Shown: positions 10,725-23,643, numbered from the stretch's first letter. The stretch is 63,565 nucleotides of DNA from Octopus sinensis (GCF_006345805.1 NW_021831870.1:1-63565), one strand, 5' to 3'. Numbers and translations: made by a program. Notes: generated by a model not told the origin, from the sequence alone.

Positions 10725-11165
10725 AAATCTTCTTATATAAAATACATTCTGAGACTAGCAGGGTTAATATCCTGTATAAAATCTTGATCTGCTATCCATC
10801 TGATTTTTTTTTCTTCTTGATTTTGTTCTTAACCATATCCAATACATCAATCATTACCAGAACCATTTTTACTTCCCTACCCACATACTGCTAATTACCA
10901 ATTCCACAGACCTTGTAGTTTATAGTTTTCCAGCCTCTCTCCCTTGCTTTTTGTTTGTTTTTCTTTTAAATCAGAAGGAATCAAGATGTCTATCAAAAAA
11001 ACATAGATTATTTCTGTTCCGTCTTTAATCACAATATCTGGAGAATTTGCTTTGATCTCTATGTCAGACTGAACTGGCAACATTCCAGAATATCACAGCC
11101 ATATCTTTGTTTTGTTTCTTTTTTAACCATATTGGATTCTGATGTCCATTTAAACCATTTTTTTT
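10725..11165 (-). pseudogene. R4/Dong-like non-LTR retrotransposon fragment, restriction-like endonuclease domain
   Basis: Translation QSDIEIKANSPDIVIKD..FLIDILIPSD fits the PD..D RLE motif; frameshifted. Confidence 0.7.
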
Positions 11166-11234
11166 TTTTTTTGCAATCTCAATATGGAAATATTTACAAT
11201 TTTACTGCTGTTTTTTAATAATTCTTATTAATTC

Positions 11235-11460
11235 TTCTTTTTTTTCATCATCTTCTCATCACCATCACCCTCATCATCACCCTCATCATCCTCATCATCA
11301 TCATCACCATCACCCTCATCATCCTCATCATCATCATCACCATTATCATCATCATCCTCATCATCATCATCACCATTACCATCATCATCCTCATCATCAT
11401 CATCACCATTACCATCATCATCATCATCATCATCACCCTCATCCTCATCATCATCATTAT
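11235..11460. repeat. (ATC)n/(ACC)n array
   Basis: Direct reading. Confidence 0.95.
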
Positions 11461-11675
11461 TGAGGCAATGAGCTGGCAGAATTGTTAGCATGCTGGATGT
11501 AATGCCTAGCAGTATTTCTTCATCGCAACAGTCTGAGTTAAATTACCGCTGAGGTTGACTTTGCCTTTCATCCATTCAGGATCAATAAATCAAGTACCAG
11601 TGAAACACTGGGGTCAATGTAATCAAATAACCCACAACTTTAAGTCTTATGCCTTTAGTAGAAAGAATTATTATT
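11461..11675 (+). mobile_element. SINE family B, short tail type
   Basis: GAGCTGGCAGAAT head; AAGTACCAG..CTGGGGTCAATGTAATC domain. Confidence 0.8.
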
Positions 11676-11897
11676 ATTACTGAGTAAGAGAGAAAGCAGC
11701 ACATGTCATCAGTGACACTGGGGTACATATATACGAAGTCCAGTATACCCATCGTGATTACCCATCCGATAAGGGTACACCAGGCACATGCATCACAACC
11801 ATATGTGCATGACCTTGCAGGTGGGACCCAGTAAGAATTTTCTTCAGGTTGAAAAGCCCATCCCGATGTAATCAACTAGTCAATGTAGTCGACTAGT

Positions 11898-12165
11898 TGG
11901 AGGCACATGGCCTAGTGGTTAGAGCAGCGGACTCACAGTCGAGGGATCGCGGGTTCGAATCTCAGACCGGGTGATGTGTGTGTTTATGAGTGAAACTTCT
12001 GGTGACTCTTTCACCACAACTTTCTCTCACTCTTTCCTCCTGCATCTTGCAGCTCACCTGCGACGGACCGGCGTCGCATCCAGGTGGGGAACCTATACGC
12101 CAAGAAACCAGGAAACTGGCCCTTATGAGCCAGGCATGGCTTGAGAAGGAACAAACAACAAAAAA
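11898..12165 (+). mobile_element. SINE family D head with alternative tail (type 2) and 11-bp TSD
   Basis: AGTCGACTAGT at 11887-11897 and 12166-12176; tail ends GAGAAGGAACAAACAACAA. Confidence 0.85.
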
Positions 12166-12264
12166 AGTCGACTAGTCAATGTAATCAACTAGTCCCCTCG
12201 CACAAGATACCAGGCCTTGTGCCTTTATAGAAATTATCATTATTCTTATTATTATTATTAAATA

Positions 12265-12488
12265 AGGTGGCAAGCTGGCAGAATCGTTAGCACACCAGGC
12301 AAAATGCTTCATGACATTTCGTCTGTCTTCGTGTTCTGAGTTCAAATTCTGATGAGGTCAACTTTGCTTTCATCCTCTTGGGTGGGGGGTGGGGGGTCAA
12401 TAAATTAAGCACCAGTTAAGTACTGGGATCAATGTATTCGACTATCTCCCTGCCCCAAATTTCAAGCCTTGTGCCAATAATCGAAAGG

Positions 12489-12495
<7 letters not shown>
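12265..12495 (+). mobile_element. SINE family B, short tail
   Basis: Family B head and domain; (TAT)n tail. Confidence 0.82.
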
Positions 12496-12519
<24 letters not shown>

Positions 12520-12535
12520 TATTATTATTATTATT

Positions 12536-12745
12536 GAGGTGGCGAGCTGGCAGAATTGTTAGCATTCAGAGCAAAATGCTCAACGGCATTTTGTCCATCT
12601 TTACATTCTGAGTTCAAATTCTACTGAGGTCGACTTTGTCTTTCATCATTTCAGGGTTGAAAGTTGTGTACTGAGGTCAATGTAATCAATCTACCCCTCC
12701 CCTCGAAATTTCAGGCCTCGTGCTTACAGTAGAAAGGATTATTAT
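12536..12745 (+). mobile_element. SINE family B, short tail
   Basis: Family B head and domain; (TAT)n tail. Confidence 0.82.
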
Positions 12746-12746
12746 T

Positions 12747-12778
<32 letters not shown>

Positions 12779-12857
12779 GGATTCTATTATTATTGATGTT
12801 GTTGTTGTTGTTGTTCTTGCTGTTATATTTTTTCTGTTTTTTTTATTTATTGTTCAT

Positions 12858-13075
12858 CTTGTAGCTTTTACGTTTTCATATATCAGACTGTGGCCATGCT
12901 GGAGCACCACCTATAGTCGAACAAATCGACCGCAGGACTTATTCTTTGTAAGCCTAGTACTTCTTTTATTGGTCACCTTTGCCAAACTGCTAAGTTATGG
13001 AGACGTAAACTCACCTACATTGGTTGTCAAGTGATGATGGCAGGACAATCACAAACACACAAACATATACATGTA
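12858..13075 (-). mobile_element. SINE family A 3' half
   Basis: Reverse complement of the family A tail region. Confidence 0.8.
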
Positions 13076-13097
13076 TATGTGTGTGTGTATATATATA

Positions 13098-13366
13098 GTT
13101 AGGGCAGCGAACTCACGGTCGTAGGATCGTGGTTTCGATACCCAGACTGGGTGTTGTGAATGTTTATTGAGCGAAAACACCTAAAGCTCCACGAGGCTCC
13201 GGCAGGGGGTGGTGGCGATCCCTGCTGTACTCTTTCACCACAGCTTTCTCCTGTTGGCCTACTCATTTAGCCAGTGGGGTGGCGTCATTGAAGGTTAAAA
13301 CAATGCAAAGTGCATTGTGACCAGTGATGTGTAGCAACATCTGATAGCCTGGTCGGTCACGGTGAT
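13098..13366 (+). mobile_element. SINE family D (tail type 1)
   Basis: Nearly identical to 1-294. Confidence 0.88.
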
Positions 13367-13377
13367 ATATATATATA

Positions 13378-13500
13378 ATCAATAATAATAAAGGGCAAAA
13401 TTAATTAATCAATTAATAATTAATAATTTTACTTAGTAGTTTGGTATGTTAAAATTATTAATTATTAATTGATTAATTAATTTTACCCTTTATTATTATT
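13378..13500. repeat. AT-rich near-perfect palindrome (about 55-bp arms)
   Basis: AATAATAATAAAGGGCAAAATTAATTAATCAATTAATAATTAATAATTTTA / TAAAATTATTAATTATTAATTGATTAATTAATTTTACCCTTTATTATTATT. Confidence 0.85.
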
Positions 13501-13961
13501 GACAATATAATTTACTTCTTGATAGTAAACTGCAGTTTCTGCAGAATTTACTCGTTGGTACACATGGGTGAGTGGGGAGGAATGTGAGATCTCATTCGTC
13601 TGTTTGAATTCGGAAGTACTGGTCTTTGGATATATGCTGTTTGATGACGCTTGGTCGAATATGTAGGTTAATTATCAGTGCTCTTGAATTTAAAATTTGA
13701 AATACTGTACTGAGGATGTGAGTAGAAATATGATTTTACATTTTTTACTTCTCTCTATCCCCGCAACGCGTATAGAGTTAATCAGAGCCGGGTGGATTTG
13801 TTATTTTTTCTCTTTACCTGCATGAGTTGTTGAGTATTGCTGTCTAGGAGATATCTTATAGTAGTAGAATAGTATTTTAACTGCTATTTCTAAATTTTGG
13901 TATGTGGTGAAGCAAATTTTGCTGAACCCTAATTATAATTATGCTCATAATTATAGAATTC

Positions 13962-13997
<36 letters not shown>

Positions 13998-14003
13998 CAC
14001 ACA

Positions 14004-14336
14004 CACAGGGGTTGGACAAAATAATGCAAACACCTAGCATCATAATTTTGAAATATCTATAAAAACGTCAAAATGTTCAATATTATTGAACATTTATGAT
14101 ATATTTTAGAAAAGTAAGTGGGGAGTCGATATCCTCCACCATCATCACTACAAGAACTGGAGACTGCTTTAGCTGAAGAATGGACAGAAATTCCTTTGGA
14201 AACAATTCAAACTTTGTACGTGTCCATACTTAATAGAATTCAAGCTGTAATTACTGCCAAAGGCAGTCCTACTCCATATAAAAATAAATTTGTTTGAAAT
14301 TTTAAGGTGTTTCCATTATTTTGTCCAGCCCTTGTG
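14004..14336 (+). mobile_element. Tc1-like internal-deletion derivative with ~32-bp TIRs and transposase C-terminus
   Basis: TIRs CAGGGGTTGGACAAAATAATGCAAACACCT / AGGTGTTTCCATTATTTTGTCCAGCCCTTG; 14121-14280 encodes LQELETALAEEWTEIPLETIQTLYVSILNRIQAVITAKGSPTPY, a typical Tc1 C-terminus. Confidence 0.85.
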
Positions 14337-14384
14337 TACACACACCACACACACACACACAACACACACACACACATACATACA

Positions 14385-14538
14385 TGATGGGCTTCTTTCA
14401 GTTTCTGTCTACCAAATCCATTCACAAGGCTTTAGTTGGCTTAAAGCTTATAGTAGAAAATACTTGCCCAAGGTAGAACTGAGCCCAAAACCATGTGGTT
14501 AGTAAGCAAGCTACTTACCACAGAGCCACTCCTGCACC
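14385..14538 (-). mobile_element. SINE family A 5' half
   Basis: Reverse complement of the family A head. Confidence 0.8.
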
Positions 14539-14639
14539 TTTTCCAAATGACATTGTGGGGTGGGTGTGAGAGGTAGGATCTGGCCAGTTCAAACGTAGAA
14601 TATTTGGGCTGGATATGGCCAGATTAAATGCCATAGCAT

Positions 14640-14895
14640 TAAGGCAGCAAGATGGCAGAATCGCTAGAACGCTAGAAGGAAATGCTTAGCCTCATTTTGT
14701 GTCACTTTACGTTGAGAGTTCAAATTCTGCTGAAGTTAGCTTTGCCTCTCATCCTTTTGGGTGGGGGGATTGATAAGTACCAGTTGAGCATGGGGTGAGG
14801 TGGGGTGGGGTGGGGGTCAATGTAATCAACTTACCCCCCTCCTGCCACCCACAACTGAACTGGCTGGCCTTGTGCCAAAATTTGAATCCATTGTT
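14640..14895 (+). mobile_element. SINE family B, short tail
   Basis: Family B head and domain. Confidence 0.75.
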
Positions 14896-16350
14896 AATGC
14901 ATCATCATCAGTAACAGTAGAAGTGTCATCACCATCATTGGCATCTTCATTATCATTATCATCATCTATAACAACCCGATCCATCATCAACATAATCATA
15001 ATCAGCATCATTATCATCGACCACCGTCACATTCATCATCACCAATCACCATCATCAACATCCTCATCATCACCATCTCTGTCAACATCTTCATTATCAT
15101 CTTCATCACCAATCATCACCACCACCACCACAACCACAACCATTAATTATCATCATCATCACCACCTCTGTCACCTGTCATCATCATCATCATTATCACC
15201 AATCACTACCAGCACCACCACCACAACTATTATTATCATCATCAATATCACCATCACCATACCTCCATTATCATTATTGTAATCGGCACCAATCACCCCC
15301 GACCCCACCACAACCACCATCATCATCATCATCATTATCACCACCACCATCATCATCACCACCTGTTACCTCCATTGTCATTACTGTCACTATCACTAAT
15401 CACCACCATCACCACCACAACCATCATCATCATCATCATCTTTATCATTATCATTATCAACATCATCATTGTCAACTTCATAATTATAAGCATTTCTATC
15501 ATTGACATCAGCATCACCATCTCCACTACCCTCATACTACCCCGCCCCCTGTCACATCACCATTCCAACATCATCCACACTGTTTACTCAAAACATATCA
15601 CCACCACACCACCATCACCACACCCCCTCGATGCTACCATTATCAATACCACCACCACCACCATTACTACTATTAAAACTGATAATACAACCACTCCCAC
15701 CATCATTGACACTCCACCACCAGCACCATCAGAATGCAGTTCCCTGACTGGATGGTCACCATTGGAATGCCATTCATATAACGTTAAGTCAGCTGGCCTG
15801 GGGTTTACCCAATGCTGAACAACATCGATGATAATTACATCTATCACCACCACCACCACCACCACCAATGCAATCATCAACATCATCACCATCACCATCA
15901 CCATAACCATCATCATTATTTTCATTTTTTCCAGCACCATCATAAGCATCATCATCAATAATACTATCATCACCATCGCCACTGCCACCACTGCCAACAC
16001 CACCATTATCCAACCCACCATAGTCACCACTATCACAACCACCTATACCAACATCACCACTGTCTTCTTCATCTCATCATCACTGCCATCATAAGCATCA
16101 TCGTCATCATGTTTTCCATCACCAACACCACCACCACCACCACTATTATCGTCATCATTATTGTCATCTTCACCACCGCCACCACCATACCACCACCACC
16201 ACCAGCATCATCGTCGTCATCATCATCTTCACCACACCACCACCACACCCTTATAATCGTCATCAATAGCACTATCATCACCACAACCACCACCACCACC
16301 ACAATCATCATCATCATCATCTTCACCACCACCACCACCACCTCCACCAT
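14895..16350. repeat. Long degenerate (ATC/ACC)n low-complexity tract
   Basis: Direct reading; source of many spurious ORFs. Confidence 0.9.
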
Positions 16351-16474
16351 CCCTGATACCTTTCTCATCAGTAGAACAAGATACTGTGTCACCAGCTGCA
16401 GGTGCCATGCCGTTGCTAGGTTACCAGCATATCTCCCAGTTGGCCCCATGTGAAGCAGGGACAGAAAGAAAGAG

Positions 16475-16518
<44 letters not shown>

Positions 16519-16957
16519 GATAAGATAAAAGATATGGAGATAGGAGCAAGGGATGAGGGGGAAGAAGAGAGGAGAGGGGAAAGATGTACTGATGATGATG
16601 ACAATGATGATGATGATGATGGGAAGGATGAGGAAGATGTTGCTAGAGTTGGTGGTGATGGTGACAGCAGGGATCTCATTTCTTTTCCTCTCCTCATCCC
16701 CCTCCCTAAACACACACACACACACACAACTGCCACTGCCGCCCATCACCATCACCACCCCAACCCGCACCTCTGAACTAAAGCAGAAAGCTAATTAAGA
16801 AAGCATGTTGCTGGAATATATATATGTCTGTCTGTTTGTCCAAAGTTGGATCTCTTTTAAAAGCTCCACAGTGGCTTCTGGTGGTGGTGGTGGATGGTGG
16901 TGGCAATGTTAAAGAGAGTGCATTGTGGTGCGATGCGATGCTGCATGTGGCTTGTTG

Positions 16958-16989
<32 letters not shown>

Positions 16990-17391
16990 GGTGATGGTAT
17001 AGTTTCGTAATGGAGACGAGGTAAAAGTGTATTGCACAAACCACAACTACAACAACTACAAAAATAACAACAACAACAGCAGCAGCTGTAGCAACAGCAG
17101 TAACAACAACAAGTAGAACAACAGCAATACCATCAACAATAACAGCAACAACCACAACAACAACAGCAAAACATACACATGTCTCCAAAAGTCCTTGAGC
17201 TACGAGCAGTGGAGGCAGGGATTTCAGCGCATCAACTGCTGGCTTTGTACCTTTGATGAAGGAAGGGATAAGAGACCTTTTATTCAGAAAATAGGTAAAG
17301 TTTACCTGTGGCACCTGGCTGAAAAACAATGCTTCATTTAAATAATATATTGGTTTGAGCCAGGTTAGCCAGCAGAAATAGCCATATAGGT

Positions 17392-17543
17392 GTAGGCATG
17401 GTTGTGTGGTAAGAAACTTGCTTCACAACCACATGGTTCTGGGTTCAGTCCCACTGCATGGCAGTTTGTCAAGTGTCTACTAATATAGCCTCAGGCTGAC
17501 CAAAGTCCCTCACAGGACTTTGGTAGATGGAATCTGAAAGAAG

Positions 17544-17545
<2 letters not shown>
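17392..17545 (+). mobile_element. SINE family A 5' half
   Basis: Head match. Confidence 0.8.
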
Positions 17546-17580
<35 letters not shown>

Positions 17581-17583
<3 letters not shown>

Positions 17584-18255
17584 TCATCATCATCATCATC
17601 ATCGTTTAACGTCCGTTCTCCATGCTAGCATGGGTTGGACGGTTCGACCAGGGTTCTGGGAAGCCAGAAGGCTGCACCAGGCTCCAGTCTAATCTGGCAA
17701 TGTTTCTACAGCTGGATGCCCTTCCTAACGCCAACCACTCCGTGAGTGTAATGGGTGCTTTTTACGTGCCACCTGCACAGGTGCCAGGCGAGGCTGGCAA
17801 CGGCCACAGTCAGATTGGTGTATTTTATGTGCCACCGGCACGGAAGCCAGTCGAGGCGGTGCTGGCATCGGCCACGAGTCGGATAGTGCTTTTTACGTAC
17901 CACCAGACCAGGGATCCTGGCTGGTTCAATTCGATTTCGATTTCGATTTCGCTTGCCCCAACATGTCTTCACAAGCAAAGGGGGTTGGCATGGGTGCCTG
18001 TCGTACGGTCGCATTGGAGTATTTTACGTGCCACGGCCACGAGTCGGATAGTGCTTTTTACGTACCACCAGACCAGGGATCCTGGCTGGTTCAATTCGAT
18101 TTCAATTTCGCTTGCCCCAACATGTCTTCACAAGCAAAGGGGGTTGGCATGGGTGCCTGTCGTACGGTCGCATTGGAGTATTTTACGTGCCACGGCCACG
18201 AGTCGGATAGTGCTTTTTACGTACCACCAGGCCAGGGATCCTGGCTGGTTCAATT
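17581..18255 (-). mobile_element. Family F retroposon with a ~160-bp internal unit repeated about 2.4 times
   Basis: (CAT)n tail; GGCCACGAGTCGGATAGTG recurs at 17870, 18035 and 18194. Confidence 0.85.
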
Positions 18256-18260
18256 ATATA

Positions 18261-18410
18261 TATAAACAACTTATAAATAGGGGCAAACGAAAAAATTTCT
18301 AATGCCAAAAATGCCGAAATTGAACATATTGTCCATAACCATTATGTTCAATTTCGGCATATTTGACATTAGAAATTTTTTCGTTTGCCCTTATTTATAA
18401 GTTGTTTATA
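18261..18410. repeat. Near-perfect hairpin (about 66-bp arms, 14-nt loop) next to a TA run
   Basis: TAAACAACTTATAAATAGGGGCAAACGAAAAAATTTCTAATG..GCCGAAATTGAACATA mirrored at about 18345-18410. Confidence 0.85.
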
Positions 18411-18534
18411 ATTTTAACCTTTAAAGGTATTTTTTAATATGCTGGCCATTGATAAATTTTTTTTTTTCCGGAAAATAATTTTATCCTACATTAAATATAT
18501 ATATATATATATATATACAGATATATATATATAT

Positions 18535-18960
18535 ACCATCATCATTTAACATCCATTGTCCATGCTGGCATGGGTTGGATGGTTTGACCAAGGTTGGTAA
18601 GTTGGAAGACTGTGCCAAGCTCCAGTCTGATTTTGGCATGGTTTTCTATGAGTGTAATGGGTACTTTTACATGCTACCTGCACAGGTGCCATTTGCATGA
18701 CACCAGTATCTGCCATGACTGTGATTTTGCTCAGCTTGATGGGTCTCCCTCTGAAGCATGACATAATGCCAAAGGTCTTGGTCATTGCCTCCTTGAGGCT
18801 CAACACTTGAAAGAAACTCAGCTACCTTGCCTCCATGAGGCCCTCTTAAAAGGAACTCAGTCACTTTGCCGCTATGATTCCAACACTGAGAAGGAACTCA
18901 GCCACTTTGCCTCCATGAGGCCCAATGTTCAAAGGTTGGTTTTTTACGTGCCATATATCT
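18535..18960 (-). mobile_element. Family F retroposon, older variant
   Basis: CATCATTTAACATCC..CCATGCTGGCATGGG start; variant interior. Confidence 0.7.
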
Positions 18961-19502
18961 ATGTATGTATGTATTATGTATGTATGTAGGGAGGTAGGTA
19001 GGTAGGTCGGTCGGTTGGTTGGTCGGTCGGATGGTCAGTCGGATGGTCAGTCAGTTACACGGTCGGTCGGTCGGTCAGTCAGTAGGTAGGTATGTATGTA
19101 TGTATGTAAAGGTGACATCCAAGGATCAAGATGTAGGAAGTTAGTGAGTTTCAAGCAATTTGTAGAAGAGATTAAAAAACAACTTTCAGAAGCAATCGTG
19201 GTTTACTGACACATAAGGTAGTGAATTTTTCCAGTATTGAAGTAAGATAAGCTAAAAGGAAAGGTTATTTTATAGTTCATAGTTAGCAACTGTGGTTGCT
19301 GTGTATGCAAATAAAAGTCCAAAATTTGGGGAACTGGAGTAGATAAAATCCAATCTATGTATGTTTCACAGCTAGCAGAACCTTGGAAGTAGTAATTCTC
19401 CAAACAAGGGGCAAACTGCAAGCTACCCTTCAGGCCAAGGGTACCCTGATTACATGAAGTTTACACTGTCATTAGGAGATCCCAAGTTAACTCACAAGAA
19501 GA

Positions 19503-20497
19503 TGACAGTGGACCCTCACAGAAGGGATAACAGTGGACCCCTCATAGGGAATGACAGTGGACCCTCACAAAAGGGATAACAGTGGACCCCTCATAGGAAA
19601 TGACAGTGGACCCTCACAGAAGGGATAACAGTGGACCCCTCATAGGAAATGACAGTGGACCCTCACAGAAGGGATAACAGTGGACCCCTCATAGGAAATG
19701 ACAGTGGACCCTCACAGAAGGGATAACAGTGGACCCCTCATAGGAAATGACAGTGGACCCTCACAGAAGGGATAACAGTGGACCCCTCATAGGAAATGAC
19801 AGTGGACCCTCACAGAAGGGATAACAGTGGACCCCTCATAGGGAATGACAGTGGACCCTCACAGAAGGGATAACAGTGGACCCCTCATAGGGAATGACAG
19901 TGGACCCTCACAGAAGGGATAACAGTGGACCTCTCATAGGGAATGACAGTGGACCCTTACAGAAGGGATAACAGTGGACTCCTCATAGGAAATGACAGTG
20001 GGACCCTCACAAAATGGATAACAGTGGACCCCTCATAGGAAATGACAGTGGACCCTCACAGAAGGGATAACAGTGGACCCCTCATAGGAAATGACAGTGG
20101 ACCCTCACAGAAGGGATAACAGTGGACCCCTCATAGGAAATGACAGTGGACCCTCACAGAAGGGATAACAGTGGACACCTCATAGGAAATGACAGTGGAC
20201 CCTCACAGAAGGGATAACAGTGGACCCCTCATAGGAAATGACAGTGGACCCTCACAGAAGGGATAACAGTGGACCCCTCATAGGGAATGACAGTGGACCC
20301 TCACAGAAGGGATAACAGTGGACCCCTCATAGGGAATGACAGTGGACCCTCACAGAAGGGATAACAGTGGACCTCTCATAGGGAATGACAGTGGACCCTC
20401 ACAGAAGGGATAACAGTGGACTCCTCATAGGAAATGACAGTGGGACCCTCACAGAAGGGATAACAGTGGACCCCTCAGAAGGAATGACAGGGGACTG
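19503..20497. repeat. 49-bp minisatellite, about 20 copies, built from related 25+24-bp halves
   Basis: Unit GACAGTGGACCCTCACAGAAGGGAT+AACAGTGGACCCCTCATAGGAAAT; period confirmed 19602 to 19651. Confidence 0.95.
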
Positions 20498-20539
20498 TAC
20501 TTGAGAGGACATGTTAAGCTAAGTTAAAGCATGGTTGCC

Positions 20540-20830
20540 TGCATCCTTCTTCAGCTGAACGTTCCTAATCTTGCAAGCTCATGGGTGTTGGTGCAATGTG
20601 AAGACACCTGTACAGGTGCTACATAAATAGAATCATGCCAGTGTTGTGTAAAGGCACTCAGTACATTCTGTAAAGTGGTTGGTGTTAGGAAGGGCGTCCA
20701 GCCACAGAAACATTGCCAAAACAGACAATTGGAACGCAGCCAGCTGAAGAGCTGGTCAGTTCCTGTCAAACTGACCAACCCATGCCAGCATGGAAAACAG
20801 ACATTGAATGATGATGACGATGATGATGTG
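20540..20830 (+). mobile_element. Family F retroposon
   Basis: GTTAGGAAGGGCGTCCAG..CCCATGCCAGCATGGAAAA..(ATG)n. Confidence 0.75.
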
Positions 20831-20877
20831 TGTGTGAGTGTGCATGTGTGTGTGTGCGTGTGTGTGTGTGTGTGTCT

Positions 20878-21105
20878 GTAAGTGTGTGTTTGTGTCTGTT
20901 TGTCCCCCACCACTGCTTGACAACTCGTGTTGGTTTGTTTACGTCCCTGTAATGTTGAAGTTCAACAAAAGGAGACTGCTTGAATAAGTGCTATACTTAG
21001 AAAGAAAATAATCCTGGGGTCGATTCACTTGACTAAAAATTTTCCAAGGCAAAGCCCCAGCATGGCCACAGTCTAATGACTGATAAAAAAAAATAAAATA
21101 AAAAA
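20878..21105 (+). mobile_element. SINE family A 3' half
   Basis: Tail CCCCAGCATGGCCACAGTCTAATGACTG. Confidence 0.8.
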
Positions 21106-21285
21106 GATAACATATCACTTGGCAGAAAGCCAACTCCCTCAATACTATGATGATGATGCTGATGTTGATGGTGATGGTGGGGATGATGATAAAGATGATG
21201 GTGATGATGATGATGGAGATAGTGGTGATGGAGATGGTGATGATGATGGTGGTGGTTGTGGTGGCGAGGACAATGAAAGCAATGA

Positions 21286-21319
<34 letters not shown>

Positions 21320-22119
21320 GGTGGCGAGGACAATGAAAGCAATGATGATGATGATGATGATGTTGATGATGTGATTGATGATGATGATGATGATGAGGAT
21401 GGTGGTGGTGGTGGTGATGCAAGTGTTCATATGTGTATATATATGTGCATGTGTGTATGTGTATATATGTGTGTATGTGCGTGTATATGTGTGTATGTGT
21501 GTGTGTATGTGTGTATGTGTGTGTATATGTGTGTATGTGTGTGTATATGTGTGTATGTGTGTGTGTATGTGTGTAGTGCAACAGGGGAAAAAAACTGACT
21601 CACTTTTCCTTTAAATGTTTGTCCTTTAAGCCTTGTTTATTCTTATTGAAAATGCTAAACACATTAGAAACCGATCTCTCACTGTCTCTCTCCCTCTCTC
21701 CCGCCCTCTGAAAACGAAAAGCAAACTGGCATCATCTCAGGTAGAGTTTGATCCATGGAAATCACACCTTTGATCCCCAATCGTAAATTATTAATCAGCT
21801 CAGCTTCTTCTATTCAGGTCTCGTATAGGTTAGCAATTGTCATTCTTGTTCCACTGCGTGATCCTTGTTGAAGCATTTGCTCTGTGCATTATGTTCGTAA
21901 GAGCATAACGTATATACAGGCAAACACTGCAAATAGCCATGATTGTGGAACAAATTCAAAGACTTAAAATGTGACTGCTGGGTTATTGAGCTCTTGAATG
22001 ATTATGTTTGGAACTGATTCTGCAATTATTAATGATGTGCTGTACTACGATGCCGTCTCAGAGAAAAGAGCTTAAGGTTACAGCTGAACTTTCAGACGCA
22101 GGGAATGAACTGGGATGAT

Positions 22120-22404
22120 GGACTGACTGACAGACAGATAGATAGATTAGAGATAGATTAGATAGATAGAGATAGACAGATAGAGATAAATAGAGATAGA
22201 TAGATAGATCAATAAATAAATAGATAGACAAACAGAGAGAGATAAATAGACAGACCAACAGATAGATAGATGGACCAATAGATAGATAGATAGACAGATA
22301 GATAGACAGACAAATAGACAGATAGATAGACAGACAGACAGATAAATAGATAGACTGATAGATAGATAAATAGATAGACCGATAGATAGATAAATAGATA
22401 GACC

Positions 22405-22474
<70 letters not shown>

Positions 22475-22546
22475 CCAACAGATAAATAGATAGACCAATA
22501 GATAGATAAATAGATAGACCAAAAGATAGATAAATAGATAGATAGG

Positions 22547-22590
<44 letters not shown>

Positions 22591-22860
22591 CAGAGAGACA
22601 GACAAACAGGTTGGTAAGTAGACAAACAGGCAGATAGACAGACAGATAGACAGACAGACAGATAGATAGATAGATAAATAGGAAGGTAGATAGGTAGGTA
22701 CACAGACCAACAGATAGACAGATATATAGACACGTAGATAGATAGGCAGACAAGTAGACGGGCAGACAAACAGACAGACAGATAGATAGATAGATAGATA
22801 GGTAGATAGATGTATACATACATGTACACATACATGCACACATACACATGTACATAATTA
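22120..22860. repeat. (GATA)n/(GACA)n microsatellite
   Basis: Direct reading. Confidence 0.95.
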
Positions 22861-23369
22861 CACACGTACGCGTATACATGATTAAGGAACATCGTTATTT
22901 GTTTGTGAATATAATAACTCATGAAAATAACTAAAATCACACTTTAGAGATAAATGCATTCACGTGTAATAATTGCTTGCTAAACACAGATAAGACTGCT
23001 TTTAGAGGAAGGCTACGTTTGATTGGGGAAAGTACAAGTACTTGATTAGGTACTTATCTTGTTCACCTGGAGAAGGATGAAAGGCAAAACAATGACCTCT
23101 GCTAAAATTTGAAATCATAAATGAAAGGAAATGGAAGGAGAAGTAGAATCATCATCATCATCATCATCATCTACGTCATCATTATCTTCAACATCATTAT
23201 CGCCATCATCATCATCATCACCACTGCCACCGCCTCCATCATCATTATCATCACCATGATCATCACCATCAACATCACCACCATCATCACCTCCATCATC
23301 ACCACCACCACCACCATCATCGTCATCATCATCATCATCACCATTATTATCATCACCATCCCACCCCCA

Positions 23370-23575
23370 TCATTATCATCATCATTTTAACATTTACTTT
23401 TCCATGCTTGCTTGTATGAGTTAAATGGAGTTTATCGATGCTGATTTTCTACAGCTGGATGCCCTTCCTGTCAACAACCTTCACCTGTTTCCAAACAAGA
23501 TAAATATTTCCCTATGGTTAGACACGCTTTTCACTGAAAACTGGAAACAACCTGCCTGGCTTACACGACAGTGAA
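23370..23575 (-). mobile_element. Family F-related retroposon, diverged
   Basis: TTTTCCATGCTTGC..TTTCTACAGCTGGATGCCCTTCCTG motif. Confidence 0.6.
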
Positions 23576-23611
23576 ACTCATTTACAACCATTGCCTGATG
23601 TCGAGGCAATA

Positions 23612-23643
<32 letters not shown>

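Noticed and set aside
11690-11870. Fragment resembling a common interspersed repeat
   Set aside because: No second copy or diagnostic motif in the window, so it cannot be classified.
19503-20497. CRISPR-like appearance of the 49-bp array
   Set aside because: There are no unique spacers, the host is eukaryotic and no cas genes are present; it is a plain minisatellite.
21700-22060. Unique, coding-looking stretch
   Set aside because: The frames I translated on both strands, including splice-bounded options, hit stops within about 40 codons; no recognisable motif.
22058-22940. YLSI-repeat ORFs (also 60954-61862 apart from its Tx1 portion)
   Set aside because: Translations of (GATA)n.
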